From: Rebecca billardiae RCC1528
Taxonomy: Eukaryota; Protista; Haptophyta
Reading direction: 5' to 3'
NCBI GenBank assembly: GCA_965240325.2
Contig: OZ251232.1
Span: 1,550,001-1,614,000, forward strand
Length of the DNA stretch: 64,000 nucleotides
The position numbers were made by a program, and so were the translations under genes. Every line of letters begins with the position of its first letter. Positions within the stretch are counted from its first letter, which is position 1. The notes under the pieces are model-generated. The model saw nothing but the letters and a program-made list of their open reading frames with translations. It was not told the origin of the DNA and ran no database searches. Of this stretch, positions 1 through 10,712 are shown in pieces.

Positions 1-818
1 TGGTGCCAAAGGCATTTCGGCGCGCGGGGTTGAAATCAAATTTCAAAACCCAGGTCCGGAGTGGCCCCGCCGGTCCCCCGGACCACGGCGGCCCGTCGTG
101 CGTTTCGGGGGGAGAGGGGTTTGTCGCGAAACGGGCAGGATGGGGAAGGGGGGGGGGGGGGGGCTCGCGGCCGCCGCGGGGAGGCCGGGACGGGCGCGGT
201 CTCCACCTGAGGGCCGGGCGCTGCTCAGGAAGGAGGGCGGCCCACACTCCGCGTGTCGCTCCCCAGTGCCTCCGCACTTCGCCGTCGTGTCGGGATGAGC
301 ATGCGCTTGGCGTCCGCACCGGGCCAGTCCTTGCATGGTCAGCAAGCAGGCGGGGGGGGGGGCGTGCGTGTGCAAGCGCGGGTGGATATGTCGTGTCTGC
401 GATATGCGGAGTGTTGGATGCGGGTTGCGCCGGTGCCCCAGGGCACCGGTGAGTGTGTAGCTGTTTCGGGCACGCCTCGCGAACGCGAGGCGCTGGAAGA
501 CATGGCCGAGGGAGGACCGCCTGGCTGGTCCCCAGCTGCTAAAAGATTCATCGAGAGTTCCCATTCAAAATGTGCTGGCGCGCGCGCCATTCATCAATTC
601 ATCACCTGCGCTGCGCCGAGAATTGAGGCGAAGGACGGCAGACGCAAAAAAACATTTCGCTTCGAGATCGACAGAAGATCAAACTGGAGGCGGAGGGTCG
701 CCCTCCCATATTTACTCCGTCCGCCGCCTCCCGGAAACTGCCGCCTGTGTCGCGTCAAAGCTGACGTTGGCGTCATCGTCTGCGCCTCGTCCAGACGGCC
801 GAGCACCCGCCCCGAATC

Positions 819-2972
819 ATGGCGCCGACGACCGCGCTTGTGTCATGCGCCGTGCGTCCTTCGGACATGGACTCGACGGAGCAGCCCAAGTCGCTGCTCC
901 CGATCGGTGGGCACCCCCTGCTTAAGCTCTCTCTCACGCAGCTCGTGAATGCGGGCATCGAGCGCGTTGTGCTCGTGCTCGGTTTCCACGGCCAGCACAT
1001 TCGCCAGATGATCGAGGCGGAGAAGGCCTTCAAGGAGGTCAAGTTCGACTTCATCGACCTCGGGGACGACTGGCGCGACGGCTTCTGCCCTTCCCTGCTC
1101 AAGGCGCGCGACGCCCTCAAGGACACCGGCGAGTTCATCCTGTGCACGTTCGACCACATCTTCGAGCCGAGCATCATCGAGCGCATGATCAAGATCCCGG
1201 CGACGCCAGACGGTACCACGTGCCTCGTGGACACGTCGCGCAACGAGCCGCTCGCCGGCTCGGGCGACTGCACGCGGCTCACCATCGTCGGCGAGGAGCG
1301 CTCCGTCACCAAGGTGAACCCGCCCGAGGCCGAGTCGTCGGGCACGGAGGCGGGCCTCTTCAAGACGACGCCATCCATCCTGGACGTGATGCAGGAGCTG
1401 CACGACTCGAAGCCGTACTTCCCGTTCTCGGCGGTGCTCCAGGAGCTCTCGTCGCGCGGCTCGCTGTACGCGATGCCCACCGAGGGCGCCCTCTGGTTCG
1501 CCATCGAGAACTTCCAGCAGCTCTCGAGCGTGCGCGAGCACGCGGCGACCGGCGCACCGCTCTTCGCAGGCATCCTCGGCGCCGAGGCTCCGAAGCGCAA
1601 GAGCTTCATCGCGCCGAGCTCGTCGGACCCGGACGCGATCTTCTCGCTGCCCGAGCGGCAGAAGGGCAAGATCGTCGGGCGCGACGACTCGCTCGGCCTG
1701 CCCAGGAAGATCAACGTGTGCCTCGTCGGCCTCGGCCGCGCAGGCCACTTTCACATGCGCTCGATGGCGATGCTCACGGACAAGGTGCGGCTGCTGTGGG
1801 TTGTCGACGTGAACGAGAAGGAGGTGGCGCGCGTGGCGAACGAGTTCGACTGCCACGGCACGGCGGACCTGGACATCCCGCTCAACGACGCCAACGTCGA
1901 CGCCGTGATCGTCGCGTCCACCACCTTCCTCCACTACGAGCACATCATCCGCTGCCTGAAGGCGGGCAAGGCGGTGCTCGCCGAGAAGCCCATCTCGCAC
2001 GACCCTGCAGAGCTGCAGCACGTGCTCGACACGGCCAAGGAGAAGAAGGTGCCGTTCCTCGCGGGGTACCAGCGGCGCTGCGACAAGAACTTCCGCGCGC
2101 TCCGCGCCGAGCTGCAGTCCGGCCACATCGGCGGCATCCGCGTGCTCAAGTGCACGTCGCGGTGCGCGCGCGCGCCCGCATACTCGCCCTCTGTCACGCG
2201 CCCGCGCCCCGCGCCGCGCGCCGTGCGCGCGCACGCTTCGGCGCCAGCTCCGCCGACCGGTACCCGCTCCCACCACGCGCCGCGCCGCGCGCAGTGACAA
2301 CCCGGAGCCTCCGCTCGAGTACCTGCGCATCAGCGGCGGCATCTTCCACGACATGCTCTGCCACGACTTCGACATGATCCACTACCTCACCGGCCAGTTC
2401 CCCGAGTCTGTCTACTCTGTGGGGCACACGTACAACAAGGCGATCGCCGAGATGGACGACATCGACACGGCGGTGGTCACGCTCACGTTCGCGTCGGGCC
2501 TGCTCGCGACGGTGGACACGTCGCGCATCGCGGCGTACGGCTACGACCAGCGCATCGAGGCCTTCGGTGACAAGGGCATGTGCCAGGTGCGCAGCTGACG
2601 CCAGTGCGCGACCGCCGCAGCGCATCGCGCTTGCCCGTTGCTCACACTTGGAACGCGCACGCGCGCCCTGCGCCCGCGTCGCCGCAGGCGCACAACATGT
2701 CCGAGAGCTCCATCATGCTCGCGACGGTCGAGGGCTACACCACGCCGCGCTCGGAGTGGTCGTTCCCGCAGCGCTACCCGCAGGCGTACCTCACCGAGCT
2801 CGCCGAGTTCGTCGAGATGGTCCGCTCCAACCTGATGGAGGAGGAGTCGACGATGATGCGGCACATCATGCTCGAGAAGGTCACGACCGCGGCCGAGCTC
2901 TCGTACCGCCTCGGCCGGCCTGTGCGCATCGACGAGGTCGAGGGGCTGCGCGACAAGCTGCCGAAGCACTGA
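819..2972 (+). CDS. Fusion of an N-terminal nucleotidyltransferase-like domain (IPCT/LicC-like, degenerate) and a Gfo/Idh/MocA oxidoreductase (myo-inositol 2-dehydrogenase-like); exons 819-2161, 2295-2586, 2688-2972
   Basis: N-terminal motifs PKSLLPIGGHPLL, GIERVVLVLGF and FILCTFDHIF. C-terminal motifs VGLGRAG (Rossmann), AEKP, GYQRRCD and GGIFHDMLCHDFD. GT-AG introns 2162-2294 and 2587-2687 restore CTSR|DNPEPP and MCQ|AHNMS. Confidence 0.85.
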
Positions 2973-3792
2973 GCCCACCAAGACCGGCATTCGCCCCGCG
3001 CATTCTGCGTGGGGGCCGAGGCCAGCAGAGGCGCAAGCTTGCAGGCGTGGTGATGATGCCGCGCCGCCCGCCTTTCCTGCGAGCGCGCGTGGCCACAATC
3101 ATGCTGTGGTGAGGCCTTCCCGCCAATGTACAATATCAGGCAACGTTGGTCTTTGGCGACATCCATTCCAAGACTGAGCGAGTGCCAACCACCCAGGACT
3201 ACTACTAGGTCTAGGAGGGCCATCACCGCCCCACCCGCCGCGCTGTCGCGGACCGTCTGTTGCGCCGTGCGCGCGGCCAACGCACGCGGACGCCGACGGT
3301 CTGCGTCTGCGACCGCCGACGCGGCTGAGTGCTGACGCCTCACGGCCCGACGGGCCAGTGCGCCAGTGACGCTGACTCACGCGGCTGGGCCACTGTCACG
3401 TACGACGGTCGGTCGTGGCAGCCCGCGTGCCCGAGCGCACGGTGTCGCGACTCGCTTTTACTTATTATATTATTTTTCGTACGTCGCGCGCGCTGACGAA
3501 TCTGATGCGCTGACATCATCGTCGTCAATTCATAATCATCGATCGACGATATATCTCAATTATTATATATAATAATAATAATATTTGCTACGACTGTTAT
3601 TCAGATTCGATTTATGTAGTAAGTATATATATATGGCAGCACGTGCAGCCCCCGGCCGGGCACACGCCCGCGCAGGGGCGCTGCGTACGACGACTACTTC
3701 GAGACGACGGCTGACGACGCGTGGCACCGCGACCACCGCGGTGGCGCGCGCGCGTCGACGCCAGACGGTGCGTCGAGCTTCCGCTCGGCGAT

Positions 3793-3878
3793 GGAGTGAT
3801 GGGCGACTACGAGGGGGGGGGGGACGACGGCGAGGAGCGCTGATCCTGGTGTTTGTCTCTGCTGCTCGATCTGCTGCT
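3793..3878 (+). repeat. Dispersed poly-G-containing repeat, copy 1
   Basis: ggagtgatgggcg-ctacgag(G)n acgacggcgaggagcgctgatcctggtgtttgtctctg-tgctcgatctgc recurs at 33860 and, without the first ~16 nt, at 54163. Confidence 0.9.
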
Positions 3879-3955
3879 CGTTGCTCACCGCATCAGTGTG
3901 CTCACCGCATCAGTGTGAGCTCACCGCATCCTCATCGCCCATCTTCCCCAGCAGC

Positions 3956-5122
3956 TCATCGGCGAGCATATCGCGGCAGCCGTGCGCGGACCCGGCTGCT
4001 TGTTGCTGCGCCCGCGCTCCCAGGGCCTTCCGCAGCGAGTGGCTCTGCATGTGGCATGCCCAGACCGCCATCCCCAACGCCCTTCGGCTGGGTATCTGCT
4101 CGGCCGACAGCATGCGGCTTGTCCACCTCCTGCCCACAGCTCTTGAGGCACGTCCGGATCTTCTTGAGAGACGCGAGTCGGCGCTGATCCAGCGCCTCGA
4201 GATCGGAATCGCTATCCGACCCTGCAGGGGCGCCCGCGTCGCGACTCGCCGCGTCATCCGTAGGCGCGACCGGGGCGGCCATGTCCAGGTCGAAGTCCTC
4301 GAGCTCGGCGTCATCCGCGTCGTAGCCCTCGTCCCAGCGCTGATAGCCGGCGGGGAACGCCGTCGCGCGCCGCCGCGCCCCCTCCAGCCGCGTGAGCAGC
4401 TGCTCGTGGTCAAGCAGCAGCTCATGCAGAAAGAGAAGGGACTCGGGGAAGTCCAGCAGGCACACGTCGACGAACGACGCCTTCGCCTCGAGGAGCTCGA
4501 GCTCACGGCGGGAGGGCACGGGCGCGTCGTCCGCTGGATAGGGGCCTGCGCGCGCGCCGTCGGCGGCGCGCTCAGGCGCGGCGCTGCACCCTGCGGCCTG
4601 CCGCTGCGCGCGAGTAATGCGGAGCTCCAGCTGGTGCTTTGCGCGCAGCTCAAGCAAGGAGCGCAGCTGGGCCAGCTCGGGAGGAAGCGTGATGCCGTCG
4701 ACCACGAGAGGCTCAGGGTCCACCTCGGACTCGTCCTCGATGCCGAGGGAGGAGAGCACGCTGCTCACATCCAGAGCTGAGTCGAGCTGATCGGCACGGT
4801 CCTCCGTAACCTGCTCCACTGCGCCTGCGCGCTGCGCTGTCGTGACCAGTCCGGGCCCGGCGACGGCTGGGCGCGGCGGTGGGCGAGCAGCTCCATTCGT
4901 ATTCGCACGCAGCGGTGCGAGCTGCGCCCCGCTCTGCGCTCGCCGCAGGCCGGGTCGCGGGCGAGGCTGCTTAGTTGCTGCAACGGCGGCGGGCCTCGCA
5001 TCCGCCATCATCATTTCGAGGTGCTTCAAAAACGGCCGGTTGGGTCCAGACCTCCACGGCTCCGGCGGCATTTTCGCCATTATTTTTGCCATTTTCGTCG
5101 TCCGCGGGAATCGGCGAGTCAT
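3956..5122 (-). CDS. Hypothetical protein (start uncertain)
   Basis: 388-aa ORF with GC3-biased codons and helical/acidic segments; no family recognised. Confidence 0.5.
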   Translation of the reverse strand: MTRRFPRTTKMAKIMAKMPPEPWRSGPNRPFLKHLEMMMADARPAAVAATKQPRPRPGLRRAQSGAQLAPLRANTNGAARPPPRPAVAGPGLVTTAQRAGAVEQVTEDRADQLDSALDVSSVLSSLGIEDESEVDPEPLVVDGITLPPELAQLRSLLELRAKHQLELRITRAQRQAAGCSAAPERAADGARAGPYPADDAPVPSRRELELLEAKASFVDVCLLDFPESLLFLHELLLDHEQLLTRLEGARRRATAFPAGYQRWDEGYDADDAELEDFDLDMAAPVAPTDDAASRDAGAPAGSDSDSDLEALDQRRLASLKKIRTCLKSCGQEVDKPHAVGRADTQPKGVGDGGLGMPHAEPLAAEGPGSAGAATSSRVRARLPRYARR

Positions 5123-5130
5123 CTGTCATC

Positions 5131-6516
5131 ATGGCGCCGACGACCGCACTTGCGCGCGTCGTCGTCCTAACGAGCCTGCTCGCCGTCGTGGGCGCGACAA
5201 GGCATGCTTCGCCGCGGCTCGGGCGCGCGCCAATCGCAATGCGCTCTCGAATGGCCATGTCATCGCCCAAGGAGGGACCGCTGCAGTCGGCTCGTGAGCT
5301 GTGGGAGGCGGTGCGCATTCCCAACTTTGAGACAGACACCTCTCCGAGCGCAAAGGCACTACGGGACAGGCTGGCCGAGTTGCAGCGCGAGAGCGATGCG
5401 TACGTGGCGGCGGGGAAAACACGGCAGCGAGAAACGGACGAAGTGGTCGACGAGCTGCGCGAGGTGGGCGGCCTCATGCTCGACTACTACAAGGACAAAC
5501 TAGGTGACATGGTGACGAACGAGAAGGTGCGCAGCTCCATCCCGAAGCTGGGCACGGCGTTCAACGTCGCGTTCGTGCTGATCATCCTGCGCGTGGTGCT
5601 TCCAAGGCTACTGGCGCTCGAGACCATCGGCGACCTCGAGGACAACCTCGGCTTCCTCGGCATCCCGACACGCGCAGAGCTCTCGACCTACCTGAGTGCA
5701 GTCGCTGCGCTGCCGCTGCCGCTCAAGCTCGCCGGCTTCATCGGGACGGTCGTTCTCGAGAAGGTGCTGTGCGTCACCGAGTTCATCCCGCTCGGGATCA
5801 TCCTGCCGACCATCTCGCCCCTCCTCTTCGGCGGAATCGCGCAGGGCGTCCTGGTCTCTGCGACAGCCTCAGCGACGGGCGCCACTGTCAACTTTTATCT
5901 CGGCCGCCGGCTGCTGAAGGAGCGCATCCAAGGCTTCTCGCTGTTCGGCGGCGAGCCCGTGGGCGAGACGGCGTGGTTCCGCGCGGTGAACAGCAACTTC
6001 GAGAAGGCCGGGTTCAAGACGGCCCTCATGCTGCGCCTCGCGCCCATCCTGCCGATCCCGATCGACTCGCATTGGTACCTCTGCGGAACGACCAGCCTGC
6101 AGCCAGCGCCATTCGTCGCTGCGCAGCTGCTGGGCGCGCTCAAGGCGTGCTTGATCGACGCATACTTTGGTAGCCTGCTCCTCGCCAACTACGTTGGTGG
6201 TTCGCAGGCCGGTCTCCCCTCACAGACCAAATGGGTCGTGACCGTCGAAGTCGTCGCACTCATCCTTGCCTCGGTGCTCGTGACCAACGCCGCCACTACC
6301 ACACTTGAGGAGTTGCTCAGGGAAGAGGGCTGGGAGCGCAGCACGCTGCTGGGTGGCGCCGGCGAAGAGTTGGAGTCCGGCGACCCTTCGGCGAACGAGG
6401 TGGCCTCTGGGACCGTCGGTCTGGAGGGTCCTGCAGCAGACACCGCGGCTCCGGCATCATCTGCAATGATACGCGACGATGCGGCGGCGGATGCCAAGCG
6501 TGCTGACACACTCTGA
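5131..6516 (+). CDS. VTT/DedA (SNARE-associated Golgi protein, TVP38/TMEM64-like) membrane protein with signal/transit-like presequence
   Basis: ATGATVNFYLGR, GFKTALMLRLAPILPIP and YLCGTT motifs; several TM segments; hydrophobic N-terminus. Confidence 0.8.
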   Translation: MAPTTALARVVVLTSLLAVVGATRHASPRLGRAPIAMRSRMAMSSPKEGPLQSARELWEAVRIPNFETDTSPSAKALRDRLAELQRESDAYVAAGKTRQRETDEVVDELREVGGLMLDYYKDKLGDMVTNEKVRSSIPKLGTAFNVAFVLIILRVVLPRLLALETIGDLEDNLGFLGIPTRAELSTYLSAVAALPLPLKLAGFIGTVVLEKVLCVTEFIPLGIILPTISPLLFGGIAQGVLVSATASATGATVNFYLGRRLLKERIQGFSLFGGEPVGETAWFRAVNSNFEKAGFKTALMLRLAPILPIPIDSHWYLCGTTSLQPAPFVAAQLLGALKACLIDAYFGSLLLANYVGGSQAGLPSQTKWVVTVEVVALILASVLVTNAATTTLEELLREEGWERSTLLGGAGEELESGDPSANEVASGTVGLEGPAADTAAPASSAMIRDDAAADAKRADTL

Positions 6517-6882
6517 TCGTGACAATAATCAGCGGCAGCCATCAGGCTGATGATCAGCCTATAGTGGCGTGGCAGGCTCAGGCCCAGGGGCGGCTCAGGC
6601 TGCGCGCGAGCCGGTGAATTCGGCAGCAGTTGTGCGTGGCGCCGCTGACTGACCGCTGGCGCGCTGCCGAGTCCGCTACTCCGCTCCGACTCAGAATGGC
6701 GCGGCGGCTTAAATTACGTGCGTATATTACTGCGCTAAAAACATCAGCAACATCTGCACCATCATCAGCTGGCAGAGAGGTTGCCGATTGGCACTCACGC
6801 GGCGCAGACCGACACGCGCGCTGCGCGCGGCGCGCATTCAATCAGCAAGGCTTGCGTCGAAGTGCCCGCCGATGATCTGACG

Positions 6883-7551
6883 CTATTTCGCGCCTGCCAC
6901 CTCAAACGAGTCGACGATTTTCGAAACCAGCTGTTCCACGTCGTCATCCCAGTACCGCACATATCCCTCGACTGTGAGCACGACGAGCTTGTTGTCGGCG
7001 ACCGCGATGCGCGACACGTAGCGCTTCTTGCCGCGCTCCGCTGACTCTACCACGTATCTCAGACGGTAGTAGGGCTTATCATCCCTAGCATCTTCCAGCA
7101 CGACGTCGATGTTGCCGTCCTTGGCACGCTCCACCTTGGTGACGCGCTCGCCCACGCCTGCAGCCGTGTCGAACGCCGCGAGCGAGTCAATGCGCACGGG
7201 GTCGACAGTAACACCAGCCCGGAAGTATTTCCAGTCAGCGGCGCGCGGGCCTTTGTACGCATAGCGTACCTCGTCGGCGTGCGTCTTGAGTATCGCAGGG
7301 GATGGCTGAAAGTCCCCGCCCGGTGTGAAGCTCCAGCGGCCGTCAGGCGCCACGACGGCCTGCTTTCCATCCGCAAGTGCTGCGCGCCCCACGAGGAGGA
7401 CAGGTGAGCAGAGCGGGAGTGTCACGAAGCCACGACGGGTCGACGTGTACATCCATCGGGACGCAGCGCCGCGCGGTTGCGCAGGTGCGCGCGCGAGAGA
7501 GCCGGTGCCTACACCGCCTAACGCAAGCACGACGACGAGCCCGGCCGCCAT
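6883..7551 (-). CDS. PsbP-domain thylakoid lumen protein (PPD-like)
   Basis: Signal peptide, twin-arginine TRRGF...ALA motif, GVTVDPVRIDSLAAF, YYRLRYVVES and C-terminal IVDSFEV. Confidence 0.8.
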   Translation of the reverse strand: MAAGLVVVLALGGVGTGSLARAPAQPRGAASRWMYTSTRRGFVTLPLCSPVLLVGRAALADGKQAVVAPDGRWSFTPGGDFQPSPAILKTHADEVRYAYKGPRAADWKYFRAGVTVDPVRIDSLAAFDTAAGVGERVTKVERAKDGNIDVVLEDARDDKPYYRLRYVVESAERGKKRYVSRIAVADNKLVVLTVEGYVRYWDDDVEQLVSKIVDSFEVAGAK

Positions 7552-7652
7552 CAAGTTCTCGTGTCGTCGTCCAGAGTTTCGTCAAGGTGGACCACCCAAA
7601 CACAAGGTCTTGTCCAGTGGCCCGCCCTGCGGCGGCTGCCGTCCAGGGACCG

Positions 7653-8429
7653 ATGGACGTGCTCCCGCAGTTGGGGCACAGGCGCCGTGGGCTGGACGGT
7701 GTCGGCAGGCGTCTTGGGACGATTGCCGTGCTTGCATGCCTACTTTCCTCGTGCCCCTCCGCAACTGGCGCACATCGCGGCCTCAGCGCTTGCTCGCGCA
7801 CGTTCCACCCTCGCGTGGGAATCAAGGCCCTCGCCACATCGTCGAGCATGGATGCTGTCGCTGTGACGAATCACTGGCTCGAGAGCATCGTGGTGAGGCT
7901 TGGCCTCTGCCCGTTCGCGGCGGAGCCACTTCGCAACGGCCGCATCCGGGTGGAGGTGTCTGGAGCGACAAGCCTCGATGAACTTTTGGCCGAGGTCGAG
8001 CCTGCAGCGGACCGGCTGCTCGCAACCAGCGCTGACGTCGTGGAGACGACACTGCTGGTCGCGCCGAGGCTGGACGTCGCCTTCCTCGAATGGGTTCAGA
8101 CGATCGGCGCCCTCGAGGACCCCGAGGCGTTCGCTGAAGCCTTTCCACGCCTGGCGGACGACGTGATGCTCGTGTGCTTCCACCCGCAGCACAGCTGGGC
8201 GGGCCTTGCCGCGGACGACCCAGTGCAGTTCGAGAAGAGGTCGCCATTCCCGATCGTCAACTTCCTCCGTGGCAATGCCGTGGATAGCGCGATCGAGGCG
8301 GGGCTGACCGCCAACATCGGCGCTCACAACGAGCAGCGCCTCCGCCAGGAGGGCATCGACGTTATGCGGGCGGCCTACTCCGCGCTCTTCGCGCCTCATG
8401 GACCCAAGCCTGAGCTCACGTCCGGCTGA
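7653..8429 (+). CDS. DUF1415-family protein (start uncertain)
   Basis: WLESIVVRLGLCPFA, ETTLLVAP, CFHP and RSPFPIVNFLR match the DUF1415 pattern. Confidence 0.75.
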   Translation: MDVLPQLGHRRRGLDGVGRRLGTIAVLACLLSSCPSATGAHRGLSACSRTFHPRVGIKALATSSSMDAVAVTNHWLESIVVRLGLCPFAAEPLRNGRIRVEVSGATSLDELLAEVEPAADRLLATSADVVETTLLVAPRLDVAFLEWVQTIGALEDPEAFAEAFPRLADDVMLVCFHPQHSWAGLAADDPVQFEKRSPFPIVNFLRGNAVDSAIEAGLTANIGAHNEQRLRQEGIDVMRAAYSALFAPHGPKPELTSG

Positions 8430-9954
8430 TTGCTTGGATGACAACGCGCCAGCGCCGCCAGTCGGTCTGGCGGCCGGTGCCAGGCGTGCTGGACCAAGGC
8501 GATCCGATCGAGAACAGGTTGGCCGCGTGCGATGTCATGCGCAGGGCGCGCAGCGACTCGAGTCCATGCGGCACGCCGGTGTCCGATGACGACGACATGA
8601 CGAATGATGCCATCTGTGATGAACGGTCCGCACGGCCCGACACAGCCGACACTGGCCGAATGTCCGGCGACCGGGCGCCGTCGGAGCGCGGTCGAGGTGC
8701 CGGCCGCCAGCGGCGGCGCTGGGTCTGCCCGAGCCGTGGCCGGATCCGGCCGCGCGGTGGCCCTCTGTGGCGTCCGCGGCGCGGGCTCCGCGGGGTCCGC
8801 GGTACTGGCGGGCTGGCGGCGCGGCCGGGGCCTGCGGGGCCGGGCCGGCGCGGACTGCCGCGGCGGACCGCGCGGCGGCCCCCAGGCCCGGTGGCCACGA
8901 GCCCACGAGGGCGAGGCACGACCCGAATCGCCCCCGTTCGATCAATCTGATCGGACGATGACAGATCGGATATATTGACCGTACGGACGATTCAGCAGTT
9001 CAGCTAACCGACTCATCGGACCGGACACTTAGTAGACTTGTGATATATCGATATAAATGTAATACCGATACCGCGATCGGCCTCGGGCTGGATACGATAT
9101 ACTAATTATTCTATGATTTAAAGACACAGGCACGAGGGCGCAGCTCTCCTGATTCGTCTGTAGTCGGGTACTGGTCGACTACGGCTTGCAGCAGTGGCAG
9201 TCCGCAGTGGTGTGAGCACGTTGATGTTCCGAGGTCGCCATGGTGGACGTCGTTGTTGTCGTCGTCGACGTCGTCAGGCCCACCGGGGGCAGGATGCATG
9301 GGTACCAAATCAAAGGCGAGTGAGCATGTTGGCGTCGGCAAGGCCGTCCCCTACTTGGTCAGCAGCTGGACTGCTGGTGGATCAGATGTCGTCGCCTACT
9401 TAGTACTTGCCACTAGACTGTCAGTAACTTGGTCAGTGGCTGGTCATGGCGGACGATGGTGTAGCCTGTTACTCTTGGTCAGCAGCTGGTGGATGATGTT
9501 GTGGCCGAAGTTATATATATAGTAGAATTAAGTTCCAGGACTCGCCGTCGGGGACTGGTTCCGGTACTTGTGGGGGATGGCCGTGTCTCTGCTGGGCCTG
9601 GTCTAGTCGTAGACTCTGTAGAGTCGTACTAGTTCTGCGGTTCACGGAGCCTCGTCCTCCCGCCCCCCCCTCCTCCTCCTCTCCTTGCCCCCCCCCCCCC
9701 CAGCCGATACTGATGTGATTAGTTAGTCGTATGATTTAAAGTGCGCCGCGCCGGCGGCGGCACATGCGCTGAGTGCCCCCCGAGTTCACGCCAGCTAGCT
9801 AGGCCTAGGAGCCTCTCACTGAGCACTCCCGTGCTCCGGTGCGACACGGTGAGACGGTACCCGTACCGCGGGCCTCACGACTGCAACTGTGGCCTGCCAC
9901 ATGCTGTGGCGGGAATGCCTGAGGCGCGGCGCTGCCCTGCGGTCCGGTGCGCGC

Positions 9955-10566
9955 TCAGACAATCCGCTTCACCTCGAAGAACTTGCGCAGGTAGACCACC
10001 TGCCATACGCTCATGGTCACGAGCACGAGCGACTCAAAAACAGACCACCACAGCACACGCCTCTTTGTCGACTCTGTGGTATCACGGTGGGCCTTTTCGC
10101 GGCCACGCATGTACTTCTGGAGATCCGTGATCGAGTTCATCGACTGCTCGAGCGCCTTGATGCGCGTCTCCAGCGGCGAGAGGTGCTCGGCCTGCGCGAT
10201 CTCGTCGACAAGCTTGCGCTCCGGCTCTCCCACGGCAATCTTGGCGCTGATAGTCGCCGGGCGCGTGCGCGTGCGCTCGTTGGAGTAGCAGACCTGGTAC
10301 GCGCCCTCCTCGCGAGAGGTGAACTCGAACGAGCCCGACGACTCCGCCTCTGCGTCGTAGATCACGTCGCCCTTCGGGCTGACCACCTTCACGTCGATGT
10401 CCATCGAGACGTCGTACAGCACAGACCACACGCCCGCCACTTTCTCCTTGAGCGGAGCCTCCTCGTCGAAGCACTCCTGCGAGCCCGCCTGCACGGTGAA
10501 GGTGAACCCCGCGGCGGGGCGCGCGAGGAGCGCCGCACCCAGCGCGGCCACCCCGAGCAGGCGCAT
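9955..10566 (-). CDS. p24/emp24/TMED GOLD-domain cargo receptor
   Basis: Signal peptide, ECFDE...YQVCYSN GOLD domain, coiled coil, TM segment and YLRKFFEVKRIV tail. Confidence 0.95.
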   Translation of the reverse strand: MRLLGVAALGAALLARPAAGFTFTVQAGSQECFDEEAPLKEKVAGVWSVLYDVSMDIDVKVVSPKGDVIYDAEAESSGSFEFTSREEGAYQVCYSNERTRTRPATISAKIAVGEPERKLVDEIAQAEHLSPLETRIKALEQSMNSITDLQKYMRGREKAHRDTTESTKRRVLWWSVFESLVLVTMSVWQVVYLRKFFEVKRIV

Positions 10567-10712
10567 CTGCGCACGATGGCGGCCGATCGGCGGCGAACGT
10601 GGAGACGGTTGGTTGGCGCGGATAATGTTCGTCAAAGTTGAAAGTGATGCGTCTGCAGCTGGAAACTTGGCTCCGTGTTAGAACACGGAGCACTTCTTGT
10701 CGTGAGGAGGCA

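Noticed and set aside
72-94. 20/23 match to the reverse complement of 32056-32078
   Set aside because: Short and almost all G/C, and flanking similarity does not extend convincingly, so a shared element is unsupported.
2162-2294. Intron ends GTGCGCGC...GCGCGCAG are self-complementary, suggesting introner elements
   Set aside because: Apart from the NRT2 paralogues, intron bodies are not similar to each other and no target-site duplications are seen; this matches ordinary splice consensus in GC-rich algae.
843-2375. Long antisense and alternate-frame ORFs (also 28988-30607, 29302-30996, 54321-55919, 59227-61044 and many others)
   Set aside because: Shadow ORFs expected from very high GC3; Arg/Ala-rich with no motifs and overlapping well-supported genes.
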